64,000 nucleotides of DNA. It comes from Octopus sinensis. Its lineage: Eukaryota. The notes below the pieces were generated by a model that was not told the origin of the DNA, did no database searches, and saw nothing but the letters and a program-made list of their open reading frames with translations. Both the position numbers and the translations under genes were made by a program. Each line of letters opens with the position of its first letter. The stretch's first letter is position 1. The stretch spans positions 1-64,000 of the forward strand of contig NW_021834582.1 of NCBI RefSeq assembly GCF_006345805.1, read 5' to 3'. This document shows, in pieces, positions 35,193-47,272 of the stretch.

Positions 35193-38100
35193 GTTTTTTT
35201 ACAGTTTAAAGTTTTATCAGTGTTTTCATTCATTTATTAAAAGAAACGAGGTTATGTGAATTTAATTCGTAGATTATTTATATATTTAATGGTTTTCAGT
35301 TGTGGATATTGTTTATATGTTTGATAGTCGATAAATTAACATGCTGCTCGTAACCAAAAGTGTTCCAATTAAAATTAGTTACAATTTTTACACATTTATT
35401 TTTGGCACATGTACAGTTATATTTTTCAAAGAGGGTTGGTTCGAGTAAATATTAAAAAATCATATTGTGTATGCCAAATGTTATCTCTATTTTAACATTT
35501 GATTTTTAAACCTATAAAGAAGTCAAAATAAAATTAGGTTCATCTGAAAAGCCTGGTGTTTGATTTAGGACACTTCCTAAATTAACACCGCGATCATTAA
35601 CGCAACAAGTTAATTTTTTCCGTACAGCGGACACCTTTAGAACGAGCGAAAAAAGGAAACGTACATAAGACACAGTTATGGAAGAAAAGCTATGTAGTTA
35701 TTAATCCCCGATATAGAAGCCTGGCGGCTAAACGGGAAGCTATTATTGATTGCTCCAAGAGATCCCGAGGGCTGATGTTGATGGTGGGTTTGGAGAAAAA
35801 ATATATTTTTATTATTATTAAAAGCATTTTATTATGATTTATGAAAATAACACCAATCATTTTAGTGATTAATCAAAACACTTCTATTATTTTTATTTTT
35901 AATCAAAAATTTTTATGTCTCTAAATTTTAATTTAAAATGCAAGTATCTATTCGATTATCGCTAATCTCAAAATTATTCACCAAAATTTTCTAGTTGATC
36001 GTACATCGCATTGCCCGATATTGAATTTCTGTCTTTGTTTGAATTCAATTATTTAAAAAAAACAATTTATTTTCGAATTTACAGTCGGCAATTCATTATT
36101 TTGACTATTCTTAAATAAGACCGTTTAAAACGTATTACTGATGTCTTATGTCAAGATAGATATCAGAATTATGTTTCATAAATTCATATTTTCATTTTTT
36201 AGACTATAATGTGACACATCCTGGTTTTAATTATTTATGTATCAATAGATGGTTGTATCAAATTACAGTTTACCCTCTATTGCTCGCCAATTCTATTGCT
36301 CGCCATTTCTATAACTCGCCACTTTTTTGGAAAAAATGCCATTTTTACTAAGGAAATTCCATTGCTCGCCAAATTCTCTTACTCGCCACGTTTTAGTATT
36401 AAAAAATTAAAATTTATTATTAAAAAAATAATTTTTTCAAATATTTATACCGCGTGTTTTTTTTGTAACATGAGGAAGTGCTCAAGATTATTTTATGATC
36501 AAAAAAGAGAAATTATAAATTATCTTATTGATAATTCTTCTCTAAGTCTAAGGCAGGGGTGGCCAACCGGTCGATCGCGGCATGTTTCGTGGTCGATCGC
36601 TCGATATATAAATTGCTAATTATTTTTTTTGTATTTAAATTATTATAAAAAAAATATTTATCAATATTAAAGTAAGTATTTTTCACGTGTCTTGTTATGA
36701 GGTGTAACAAAAAGTCCAAATCATATAAATTTAATGCCAAATGGGAAAAAGACTATATTTTTACGATGCACATGGAAAAATGCACATGTATGCTATGCAA
36801 TAAAATCATTTCATTACCAAAAAGGGGAAATCTTTGTCGGCATTTTAATTCTTTACATCCCGAGTTCAACAAACACTTTCCTTTAAATTCCTTATTACGG
36901 GAAGAGAAAGTTGAACAATTAAAAAAATCTTTTTTTTTCACAACATACAATTTTGAAAAAGTCTATTAATTCGTCCAGATCTGCAACAATTGCATCATTG
37001 CGAGTGACTCGTCTCCTCGTAAAACACAAAAAACCTTTCACTGATGGGGAAATTTTAAAATCTTGTTTTTTGGAAGCTGCCGATTCACTATTTGATGGTA
37101 TGAAAAATAAACAGGAAATTTCAAATTGCATCAAAGAGCTTCAGCTCTCAAAACAGTCAATTGTCAGAAGGGCTGAAAGCATTTCTGAAAATCTTCTTTC
37201 GCAGTTAAAAAAGGATCTTTACGCATGTTCGTGTTTTTCTCTACAGTTTGACGAATCAAACGATGCTATTGATGTCGCCCAACTATGTGTATTTTCCCGT
37301 TTAATCTTCCATGATCTAACTGTCAAGGAAGAGTTATTTGCTATTATACCTATGAAAGAAAGAACAACTGGTGAAAATATTTATAATTCTTTCAAAACGT
37401 TTTTGTTATCATTCGAATTATTACCGTTAATGAAGAAACTTGTATCCATAACAACAGATCGAGCCCCTGCAATGATTGGGAATCAAAATGGATTTATTGC
37501 ATTTTGTCGGAAAGATGAACATTTTCCGAAATTTTTATCATATCATTGCATCATTCAACAACATGCATTATGTGGGAAAATGTTAAATTTCAACTATGTT
37601 ATGGAGACAACAGTTAAAATTATTAATTCCATCAGAGCCAAGCCCCTACAAAGAAGATTATTTCGACTTTTTCTAGAACAAGTCGATGCAATCTATGGCG
37701 ATCTACCTTTACATTGTGACATAAGATGGTTAAGCAAGGGATTAATTCTCCGTCGTTTCAGATAATTATTATCATACATTAAAGAATTTTCTAAAGAAAA
37801 CAACAAGAATTGGCATTTTCTTGAAAATCCTGATTGGCTAATAAACTTGGCATTTTTAACCGATATTACCAGTAAACTGAATGAACTCAATTTAGAATTA
37901 CAGGGAAAGAATAGATATATTATCGATATGATCAGTTCAATAAATGCTTTCATAATGAAGTTGGAATTATGGATATCTCAAATCAGAAAAGAAAATTTTA
38001 CCCATTTTCCTAACATTGAAGATGAATTCACAAAACAACTTGTGAATAAAAATCATTATGTCAATGAATTTGCTATGGTACTAGAAAAAATAATGAACGA

Positions 38101-38435
38101 GTTTAATAACAGATTTAGCGATTTCAAGAAAATTACTATATTATGCAGTTTCTTTGTTTCTCCGTTCATGGATGTAGACATCGAAAATATTTCAGAAGAA
38201 TTTAGCAAGATTTTTGACGTTGATCGAAGAAAAAGTCAAATCTTAATAATAAAATGGTATGGTGTGTGTCTGTCTGTGTGTCTGTCTGTCTGTGCACACC
38301 CACATTCAAATTGTTACAAACCAGATCAAATTGTCAAAACCTTCCCTTTTGTAGTTATTCGATAATGAGGCACAATAAAAGGTTGATATCCTCTAAGAAC
38401 CTTCCTGTCAAAAAATTTTAATAAGAAAGAATATC

Positions 38436-39218
38436 CTCGATGATGAGGTCCCCCAAAACCTTCAAGTCAATTTTCTGCGTTTTTGTTAAAATGAACAACA
38501 AGAAAGTCCTCGACTCACATGATGTGGTCCCCCAAAACCTTCAAGCCAAAAAATTAAAAAAAATTATTTTCTGCGTTTTTGTTAAAATGAACAACAAGAA
38601 AGTCCTCGACTCACATGATGTGGTCCCCCAAAACCTTCAAGCCAAAAAATTAAAAAAAATTATTTTCTGCGTTTTTGTTAAAATGAACAACAAGAAAGTC
38701 CTCGACTCACATGATGTGGTCCCCCAAAACTTTCAAGCCAAAAAATTAAAAAAAATTATTTTCTGCGTTTTTGTTAAAATAACAACAAGAAAGTCCTCGA
38801 CTCACATGATGTGGTCCCCCAAAACCTTCAAGCCAAAAAATTAAAAAAAATTATTTTCTGCGTTTTTGTTAAAATGAACAACAAGAAAGTCCTCGACTCA
38901 CATGATGTGGTCCCTCAAAACCTTCAAGCCAAAAAATTAAAAAAAATTATTTTCTGCGTTTTTGTTAAAATGAACAACAAGAAAGTCCTCGACTCACATG
39001 ATGTGGTCCCTCAAAACCTTCAAGCCAAAAAATTAAAAAAAATTATTTTCTGCGTTTTTGTTAAAATGAACAACAAGAAAGTCCTCGACTCACATGATGT
39101 GGTCCCCCAAAACCTTCAAGCCAAAAATTAAAAAAAATATTTTCTTCTGCGTTTTTGTTAAAATGAACGACAAGAAAGTCCTCGACTCACATGATGAGGT
39201 CCTCCACAACCTTCAAGC
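38436..39218. repeat. 96-bp tandem minisatellite, about 8 copies, inside the Helitron
   Basis: TTTTCTGCGTTTTTGTT recurs at 38471, 38567, 38663, 38759, 38854, 38950 and 39046, with a variant near 39141. Confidence 0.95.
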
Positions 39219-39941
39219 CTCGTGAGGCCATTAATTAGCTTAGCTATCTTTTTTCGATGACATAAATTCTTTTTTGTTAAATTTTCGTTAAAAAAATAAA
39301 ATAAAAGCTCTAATTGTTATCGACCATGAATAGACTGTGCAATTATCAGATTTTGAAAACCACTAAAAAGGAAAAAGCAAAAATTATTAGAGATTTACAT
39401 AATTGATTCTTTTTAACTGCCGAAACTGACAAATTCGATTATGCTACTGTTTAGATTTCTTAAAAGATAGAGGCAAATAAAATTTAAATTAGTCATGTAA
39501 ATTTCAATTTGCCTATATTTAAATCTCCTTGATTTAACAGGCTTTAATTTTTTTCCTTATAATACTACAAAGATGAAGCTGATTATCATTTTCTTTACCG
39601 AAACAGACAAGTTCGATTATGCTAAAGTTTCAATTCCTTTAAACATAGAGGCAATTAAGTATAATGGCTTTGATTGGATAATACACTTTACATAAATTTC
39701 ACTAAATAAATTTACGTAGAAAATTTAATATAAATTACTGATTCGCGTTTACAAAATCATAAGAATGTCCTATAAAGAGAGATCTGAGAATGTTAACAAA
39801 CAAGAGAATATGAACCATATAACAAAAAAAGAGAAACAAGGGAAGATGTGCTTAAATGGTGAGGGAACTTAGACAACAGCTGAACAAGGTCAGGACTGCT
39901 GTTAGACTCAACTACGGGTAATAGAATTATGCATTCTAGGT

Positions 39942-40737
39942 TAATTGTTTGGGATGAATGTACGATGGCTCATAAAGGCGCATTCAAGCAGTTGACCGAA
40001 CATATAGAGATATCAAGAATTGTAGCGACCATTTGTTTGGGGGAGCATTAGTTGTATTGGCAGGTGATTTTAGACAGACGCTGCCAATTATTCAAAGAGG
40101 GACGCCTGCGGATGAATTGAATGCCTGCCTCAAATCGTCATATTTGTGGACACACGTGAAAAAGGTAAGCTTAGATGTAAATGTACATGCACATTTACAA
40201 GGCGTTAATAGCATATTCCCACAAATCCTTCTAGATATTGGAAATGGGGCAATCACTTCAGAAATGCACGACCAGAAAATTAGGCTACCGGAAGAATTAT
40301 GTATTTTCGTAGAAACAGCAGAAGAATTATTGAATGCCGTCTATTCCGAACTATCTGAACACTACGTGAATTTCGACTGGCTGCGTGAACGAGCTATATT
40401 AGCTCCACTTAATGATGAGGTACTTAATATAAATTTAGATTTATTAATGAAAATCCCTGGCAGAGAAAGAATATATAAATCGGTCGACGTTATTATGGAC
40501 CATGAAAGGGCCTGCGATAGATTTAAGAGACTACAATTTCCGCTGAAGATAAGTTTTGCTATGACAATAAACAAGGCCCAGGGACAGTCTTTAAAGGTAG
40601 TAGGCTTATTTTTAGAGAACGAGTGCTTTTCACATGGCCAGCTGTATGTGGGGTGCTCAAGGGTAGGTAGAAGAGAAATTTATTTATATTTGCCAAGGAT
40701 GGACGGACTGCAAACATCGTTTATCCACAGGCCTTAG
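39942..40737 (+). pseudogene. Helitron Pif1-like helicase fragment with an internal deletion
   Basis: LIVWDECTM, LAGDFRQTLP, ERAILAP, RLQFPL..FAMTINKAQGQSL and FSHGQLYVGCSRV. Confidence 0.92.
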
Positions 40738-41814
40738 AATAAGGTTATATCAAAGCAGGTCGCATTTATATATCTACATAAATTTATAGTTATTTAAGGA
40801 AACTGCGAGCGTAGCGAGCAGGGCCTCCGCAGGAGCTAGCTCGCAGTGAGCGAAGCGAACTGCTGAGCTAGTAGAAATTATAAATCTAAAAAATGACATC
40901 ACTTTAAAATTACATTCAAATGTCAACATGTGGAAATTTATGTCTCAGGAAAAATATCCAATTTTGATTGATTCGTATCAACGAATTCTTTCATGCTTTG
41001 GAAGCACATATTTATCCGAAACATCATTTTCAAGTATGAAAATGATAAAATCTCAATACAGGACACGTTTAACGGATGACCATCTTGGGGATTGCATGAG
41101 AATAGCAATAAGCTTATACGAGCCAGAATTTGAAATAATCGCAAGTGAATTACAATGCCAAAAATCGCATTAATTTTTAATTGTAAAATAAAATTTTTGA
41201 TATTAAAATATATAAGTCGATCTCCAAAAAATCGCAAAATGAAAAGTAGCTCGCCGGTGAAAAAGGTTGGCCACCCCTGGTCTAAGGCGTGTTTCAGAAA
41301 TTTTTTCGTCGCGTTTCAAAAAATCAATTTCGAGACGTGCAATTAACGATCTTAAATTGAACAAACAGAAGATTCTTGGAATTAATCCAATTTATGGGAG
41401 AAGTTCTCGTTTTTCGAAACTTAGATATTCAGCAATTGATTCTGAAATCATTGCCTGGATAGATTACATGGAATCTATTGGAGTTTACCTCAATGATGAG
41501 ATAATTTTGTCGAAAGCAACTGAAATTGCTGCGTTAAACGGTCTCTTCAAATTTAAAGCCAGTAAAGGATGGCTTGAAAAGTTCAAAAAAAGGCACAATG
41601 TAAAACTAAGAATTTTTCATGGTGAATTGGGATATACTGCGGATGAGTTCAAAGATCAAATCGAAGACTTTAAAAAAATTATCTCTTCTAAAATAAATGA
41701 ATATGGTTCAGAAAATGTTTATAATGCCGACGAAACCGGCGTATTTTACAAGACCATTCCATCAAAAAGTGTCTGCAGGAAACGCCGACCAGGACAAAAA
41801 TTACTTAAAGATAG

Positions 41815-41840
41815 GTTTAACATTTTTAGCCAATTTTCAG
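41815..41840 (+). other. 26-nt GT-AG micro-intron in the pogo transposase
   Basis: Removing it gives KDR|FSLMLCANMTGSDKRTPLMIG..KPRCF, which matches the pogo consensus. Confidence 0.75.
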
Positions 41841-43396
41841 ATTTTCATTAATGCTTTGCGCAAATATGACTGGATCCGATAAAAGAACTCCTTTGATGAT
41901 CGGGCAGTTTAAGAAACCAAGGTGTTTTGAAGCTTGAACGTTGATGAATATTTACAATACCGGAATTCTTCAAAGGCTTGGATGAACATGGAAATATTTA
42001 ACGAATGGTTGTATAATTGGAACAAGACTCTCAAACAAAAACAAAAAAAGATACTTTTGGTTGTAGACCATTGTCCTTCGCATAGAATAACAATCGAATT
42101 AAGTATGATAGAAGTTTTATATTTACCAAAAAACACGACTACTGTGCTTCAACCGATGGATCAAGGAATCATTAGATCATTTAAATCTCATTTCAACAAA
42201 TTTAAATTTAAACATATAATTGAACAAATAAACTACGGTGACGCAACTATTGAATGCTATAAAAAATTAACCCAGAAAGATGCAATCTTATTTTCTTATC
42301 TAGCCTGGAAAGATGTGTCAGTGGATACAATATCAAAATGTTTTCAGCACGCCAAATGGGAAAACAGAATTGAAGAACCTATTATGGGAGACCATAAAAT
42401 AAAAAATTTCGAACAAATTATAGAAAAATTAATGATCACAGATCCCATAAAAGAGGAGGAGTTTATAGACTTTACGTACTCTGAAAATGACGAACTTCAT
42501 GAATTTGTTCAAAACAATAACTATGAAAATAACGATGAAAATGCAATTTTAGACAGTTCAATTACTGAAGATTGTGAAAGAAACAACTGTATTACACATC
42601 GAGATGCGATAAAATGTATTTCGGACCTCAAAAAATATTTTTCACATGACGATAATTTTGATGTGAATATGCTAGAAAGATTATTAAAAATGCAAAAAAA
42701 TATAGTGAAAAGATCATACAAAAAAACTATAAATGATTACTTTACTTAAAATTTTGGTTTTTTAAATAAATGTTTCGGCTATTTATTTAAATGTTTAGAT
42801 AGTTAAAAATTATAGAAATTTTTTGTTGATAGAAAATAGGATATTGATTATTTCTCTTACTCGCCAAATTCTCTTAGTCGCCAATTTTGGCTTGGTCCCA
42901 AAAATGGCGAGCAATAGAGGGAAGACTGTATAAGGGGTATTCTATTCCATGATTTCATTTTGAATTTATATCGGAAAAAATAAAAATCAATTTAAAACAA
43001 TAAAAAGGTATCTATATTAATTATTTATTCAATACAGAGGAAAATCTGCCCAATTTTTGCTTTTTCATTCAAATGTCGCCAAGAAATAAAAGTACGTTAA
43101 ATTATATTTTTTGTAAATAATTCATATATTTTAAATTATAAAAACTGGCAGTCGAGACGATAGAAATCCGGGTCGAGCATAAATTATTATTAGACTAACG
43201 ATGCCATCGATTGTGACATGTGGAACACAATAAGTCAGATCCCTGGACAACCTTATCATTTCGTTCTATTTCGAGCTGGCTTCCATAACACTTCGAGATC
43301 CTCTTCCTTTTTAAGCTGCTTCAAAATGATTTCGAAATTCTCTTCAAATACAATTAAGAATGCTATCCTTATCTAAACTGTGGTGCGTGTTTAAGT

Positions 43397-43985
43397 CAGC
43401 AGGTCTCAACCATGGTCCCCAGAAAATTTTTAGTGATCCCAGGAATTTTGAAAAAATAAAAATATATTAAAGTTAAAACTAATTTTGTATTTAAGTATAA
43501 ACCTAAAACGTTAAAATTAACCTGATTGAATCGTCGTCTTTGATCGGATTCTTACATTGAATTTGGATTGACTAAATTCACTTCCTCAAATAATAAAATA
43601 AATGCAAAATGCATGATTTTCTATAGAATTTTGGGAAACAATTAACTGAAACCTTTCAACTTAAGTACCACAAAGAGTCTGTACAGCCAGAAACTTGTTG
43701 CTCACATGAATATTTTAAAGTCTAAAAATTCCCAATTTTTGAAGATAGAGTCAGACATAAGTAAAATTATTTTTAGCAAACAAGATCAGAAATCTCACTG
43801 AATTACTGTTAAATTGTCTGTTATGTTCATTTTATTTTAATATATTAAATAGTCAAGCATGTCTAAACCTGCTCCTGAAAAGGTCAGAAATTGTGCGGTA
43901 ATAGCAAAAAATGTTTATTTTATTTAAGGTAGTCCCCACAAAATTTTATAATTTAAATGTGGTCCCTAGTCTAAAAAAGTTTGTA
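43397..43985 (+). mobile_element. Decayed non-autonomous hAT element
   Basis: Left end CAGCAGGTCTCAAC..GGTCCCC. Transposase tail remnant ending DQKSH*. Right subterminal GTGGTCCCTAGTCTAAAAAAGTTTG, with the right TIR eroded. Confidence 0.5.
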
Positions 43986-44281
43986 AAGTAATCCTACATA
44001 GTTGCGTTTGCGAGGCCATCCATGTCCAGAGATCTAATAACTAAATTTCCTAATCAAATATTTTGAATTAACAAAAAAAATTATGTCAGCTACAATCGAA
44101 ATTAATGTGAGCTCTGCGGTTTCAAAATAAATGAATAGATCAATTGAGAATAGTGAAAATGAATAATAAATTCAAAGGTAAAGGCCAGATCTCTTAACTA
44201 AATTTATTTAATTATTGAGAAATTAACAAAAAAGTCTTAAAATAACATTTTATAAATCAATTTTACTAAATATCAAAGTTA

Positions 44282-46331
44282 ATGTGTTATATAGTGGCTT
44301 TTTTATTGGTTCTTTACTAATAATAAATAAATAGCTAAATTTGATTAAAAATGAAGAAAAAGTATCGATAAACTATGAAAAAAATTGTTTTACCAAAAAT
44401 GAAGTTTGCTTCCAATACGTCTCCGGGACACTCCATTATTTTCGAGTGACCCAAGACCAATGGGAAGACCGGATCATCAGAATGAAAGCAGGTGGATTAA
44501 ACGCAATTCAAACGTTCGGCCCCCCAAATCATAGCCAAGATACATCGCATGGAACTACCACGAAAAATACCGCGGATCATATAATTTTGCTGGAAATAGA
44601 AATATTTCAAACTTTTTCAATTTAATTAAAAAACACCAAATGCTCGCCATCGTCAGACCAGGTCCCTACATCGATGCAGAATGGGAATTTGTTATTTTCC
44701 AATCCTCACTGTCTAGGGTGGACTTCCCTACTTTTTGCTTTCAAATCGGACTTTTGTGAAGCTTCGTTCATCCAAAGACAAATGTAAAGACATGTATTGA
44801 AATGTCTAGTTTACATGCAATGTGTAAAGGAATGGTACTCTGTATTACTCAGAGAACTACTTCCCAGTACATACCAAATGGGCGGACCAATTATAAGTGT
44901 CCTCTTTACTACTGACGGTGACTGGGAGTCTGCCTTGAAAAGAGGTTCTATTAAAGGTGTCTACACTGGAGTCGATTTTGGTCCTGGAGATATTTTTAAG
45001 GCATTTTTGGCCATGAGGAGAGTGCAAGAGGACGGGCCTCTTCTAAACAGTGAGTTTTATCCTGGATGGTTCACTACTTGGGGAGGTATTAAAGTCAAAC
45101 AAAATGTAAATTCTGTCACAAAAAGCTTTAATCAAATGCTTTATATGAAAGCAAATATTAATTTGTAATTTATTAAATTTATAATATAGTTATGTCTACG
45201 AAGGCGGAACCAATTTTGAATATTATAATGGTATGTCTGGTGGTGCCAATGACTTGATACAGGAGGCTATTACAGTGGGCAAAGACTGAGTCCTATAATT
45301 ACAAGCTATGATTATTCTGCTCCACTGGGAGAAGGGGGAACCTACACGCCACTCTATTACTCCATTAGAAATAGTATAATCAAATATTTGGGCTGGAATC
45401 CCCCAGAAGTTCCCCCTCCTGTAATAAATATAAAATACCCCAAAATCAGTTTATCTCAGGTTTATTGTAGGTGATTGTTACTATAGCCAATTTCTTTCTT
45501 TAATTTGCTCCAATTTGTCCAAAATGGCTCAGTCCATTCAAAATATCCACTTAAATTTGAAGACATAGATCAGCCTTATGGATTTGTTTTGTACACTTTT
45601 TCTGGTATTTGGAACTATGGGAATAACTTTACTTTAAAATGTTCAAAAGTGGCAGATATTGCTCAAATCTATATTAATGAAGTTAAATCACTGTTTTCTA
45701 TCGATAGATATATTATGGAGATATTAATGCCACCTCTCCGGTTATCCACGTTTTATACCCACAGAAAGTACTCACATTGAGTTTGCTTGTGGAGAACCAA
45801 GGAAGAAGTTGCAATGCTATTGATATTGCATTTAAAGTTTAAATATTTATTATAATTAAATAATAATATTTAATATTATATTAAAAGGGATTACTTTCCA
45901 ATGTTACTGTGGCGAATAAAAAGAGGAAAAGTATATTGGAAGGATGGAAGATGACCAGAATTGAATTTTCTGGTTTATCGAACAAAGATATGGAATTTTA
46001 CCGATCGAGGTTACCTCCAAGGTATAAAATGGACTGTTCTGGACGTGGTATATACTTTGGGTCACTCGAAATAACGGGGAATATTTCGAGCACATTTCTG
46101 GACATGTCGATGTGGGGCAGAGTAATATATTTGGAATGAGTTTAGGGGGTTGTGTTTGTTAATGGATTCAATCTTGGGAGGTTTTGGAATATAGGACCTC
46201 AGAGGTCCCTTTATCTTCCTTATCCGTTTTTATTTGAGGGGATTAATCGTTTTGCTGTTTTGGAACTGTCTGGTTTGGCTGGAATGGTCAATCGTTACTT
46301 GGAGTTCTCAGATGTAGCAATTTGGGATTAA
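44282..46331 (+). CDS. GLB1: GH35 beta-galactosidase (GLB1-like), multi-exon, lacking the acid/base loop
   Basis: SGTLHYFRV, GGLNAIQT|YIAWNYHE, VRPGPYIDAEWEF|GGLP, NSEFYPGW, ITSYDYSAPL and NLGRFWNIGPQRSLY. Confidence 0.9.
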
Positions 46332-47272
46332 ATTAATTTTTATAATCCTTGTTAATAATTGTTGGGTTATCTGAACTTTCTTTTTTTAAATATATTTGTT
46401 TAAATAATTGAAAGTTTATTGATAAGATTGGTTAATAAAAATTTTGTGGACCTAAAGGCATATTGAATCAGTGTAAGCAGGCTGTTTTACAATATAGTGA
46501 GGTTTTTATATCATATTTTAATATTTTTAGTACATGTTATTTGGAGGGTATTCTTATAGTTGGGTTTTATATCTATTGAGTTTAATTCACATTGAATCAA
46601 TTTTAAATAACCAAAACAGCTTTTGATTGTTCAGTTTGTTTCCATTCCAAATGAGTAAAAAAGGACCGTCTTTTAAATTTATTTTCCTATAAGACTCGAA
46701 TTGATTTTATTTATTTTCGATTTTTTTCCATATAGTAAAATTTTAATTGATTAAAATGTCCTTTAAATTCATTTGTTGTAGAATTGTAGTTTTGTTGTTT
46801 GAAAATAGATATAAAATGGGCATTGTTCAACAACTAAAAGAATTTTTCTTCTGTGTCACATGAAAAAGACTGTTTGAAAATTTTATTAGATTAATAGTTA
46901 AAGTTATATTCAATTAAATTTGATAAGAAACATTTTTTACTAAGTTTACATTTTTTCTTTTTTATAGACCTGAGGAAGATTATTTTTTGGCAGGTCAAAT
47001 GACATTTAAGATTTTTGCTTTCTCGATAATATCAGCCTTCAATTTAGCCAAACTATTTTTCAAAAAAATTAATTTTCTCTAATTATTCATATTTATCATT
47101 ACTAAATTTTTTAACTGTTTTGTTTTTAATCACAAGTATCATCTTTGCTTATATTGCGGTTATTATTAAATTGATAATAAAAAAATATCAAATTATGTTT
47201 CTAATAGATACAATTTATGGTCTTTAATGCTGTAATTAAATATTTTTTATTATCAAAAAGAATTATTTGTAG

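Larger units (their letters stand above)
38241..40871 (+). mobile_element. Non-autonomous Helitron
   Basis: Inserted between A38240 and T40872 with no TSD. 5-prime TC followed by a (GTCT)n tract. 3-prime GC-rich hairpin then CTAG. Pif1-type helicase remnant. Confidence 0.92.
36697..41173 (+). pseudogene. hAT transposase, split by a Helitron, with a frameshift and a nonsense codon
   Basis: BED-like CMLC..RHF..H, FSLQFDES, ITTD, HCIIQQ, IRWLSKG and FGSTYLSETSFS. RKSQ|IEIINL rejoins in frame after removing 38241-40871. Confidence 0.92.
36554..41279 (+). mobile_element. hAT (Charlie/Buster, GTF2IRD2-like) transposon
   Basis: 15-bp TIR CAGGGGTGGCCAACC. 8-bp TSD GTCTAAGG at 36546-36553 and 41280-41287. 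Confidence 0.95.
36470..42749 (+). pseudogene. pogo transposase split by a hAT insertion (36470-36553 plus 41288-42749)
   Basis: NSSLSLR|RVSEIF rejoins in frame. FKASKGWLEKFKKRH, YNADETG, VVDHCPSH and LQPMDQGII. One micro-intron and one frameshift near 41930. Confidence 0.9.
36266..42928 (+). mobile_element. pogo/Tigger transposon (outer element of the nest)
   Basis: 24-bp TIRs CAGT(TTA/CTT)CCCTCTATTGCTCGCCA. TA TSD at 36264-36265 and 42929-42930. Subterminal CTCGCCA repeats. Confidence 0.93.

Noticed and set aside
35074-35259. Poly-lysine ORF
   Set aside because: It is the translation of the A-tract.
38436-39218. CRISPR-like array or repeat-protein gene
   Set aside because: Units are contiguous with no unique spacers and there are no cas genes. 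The ORFs arise because 96 is divisible by 3.
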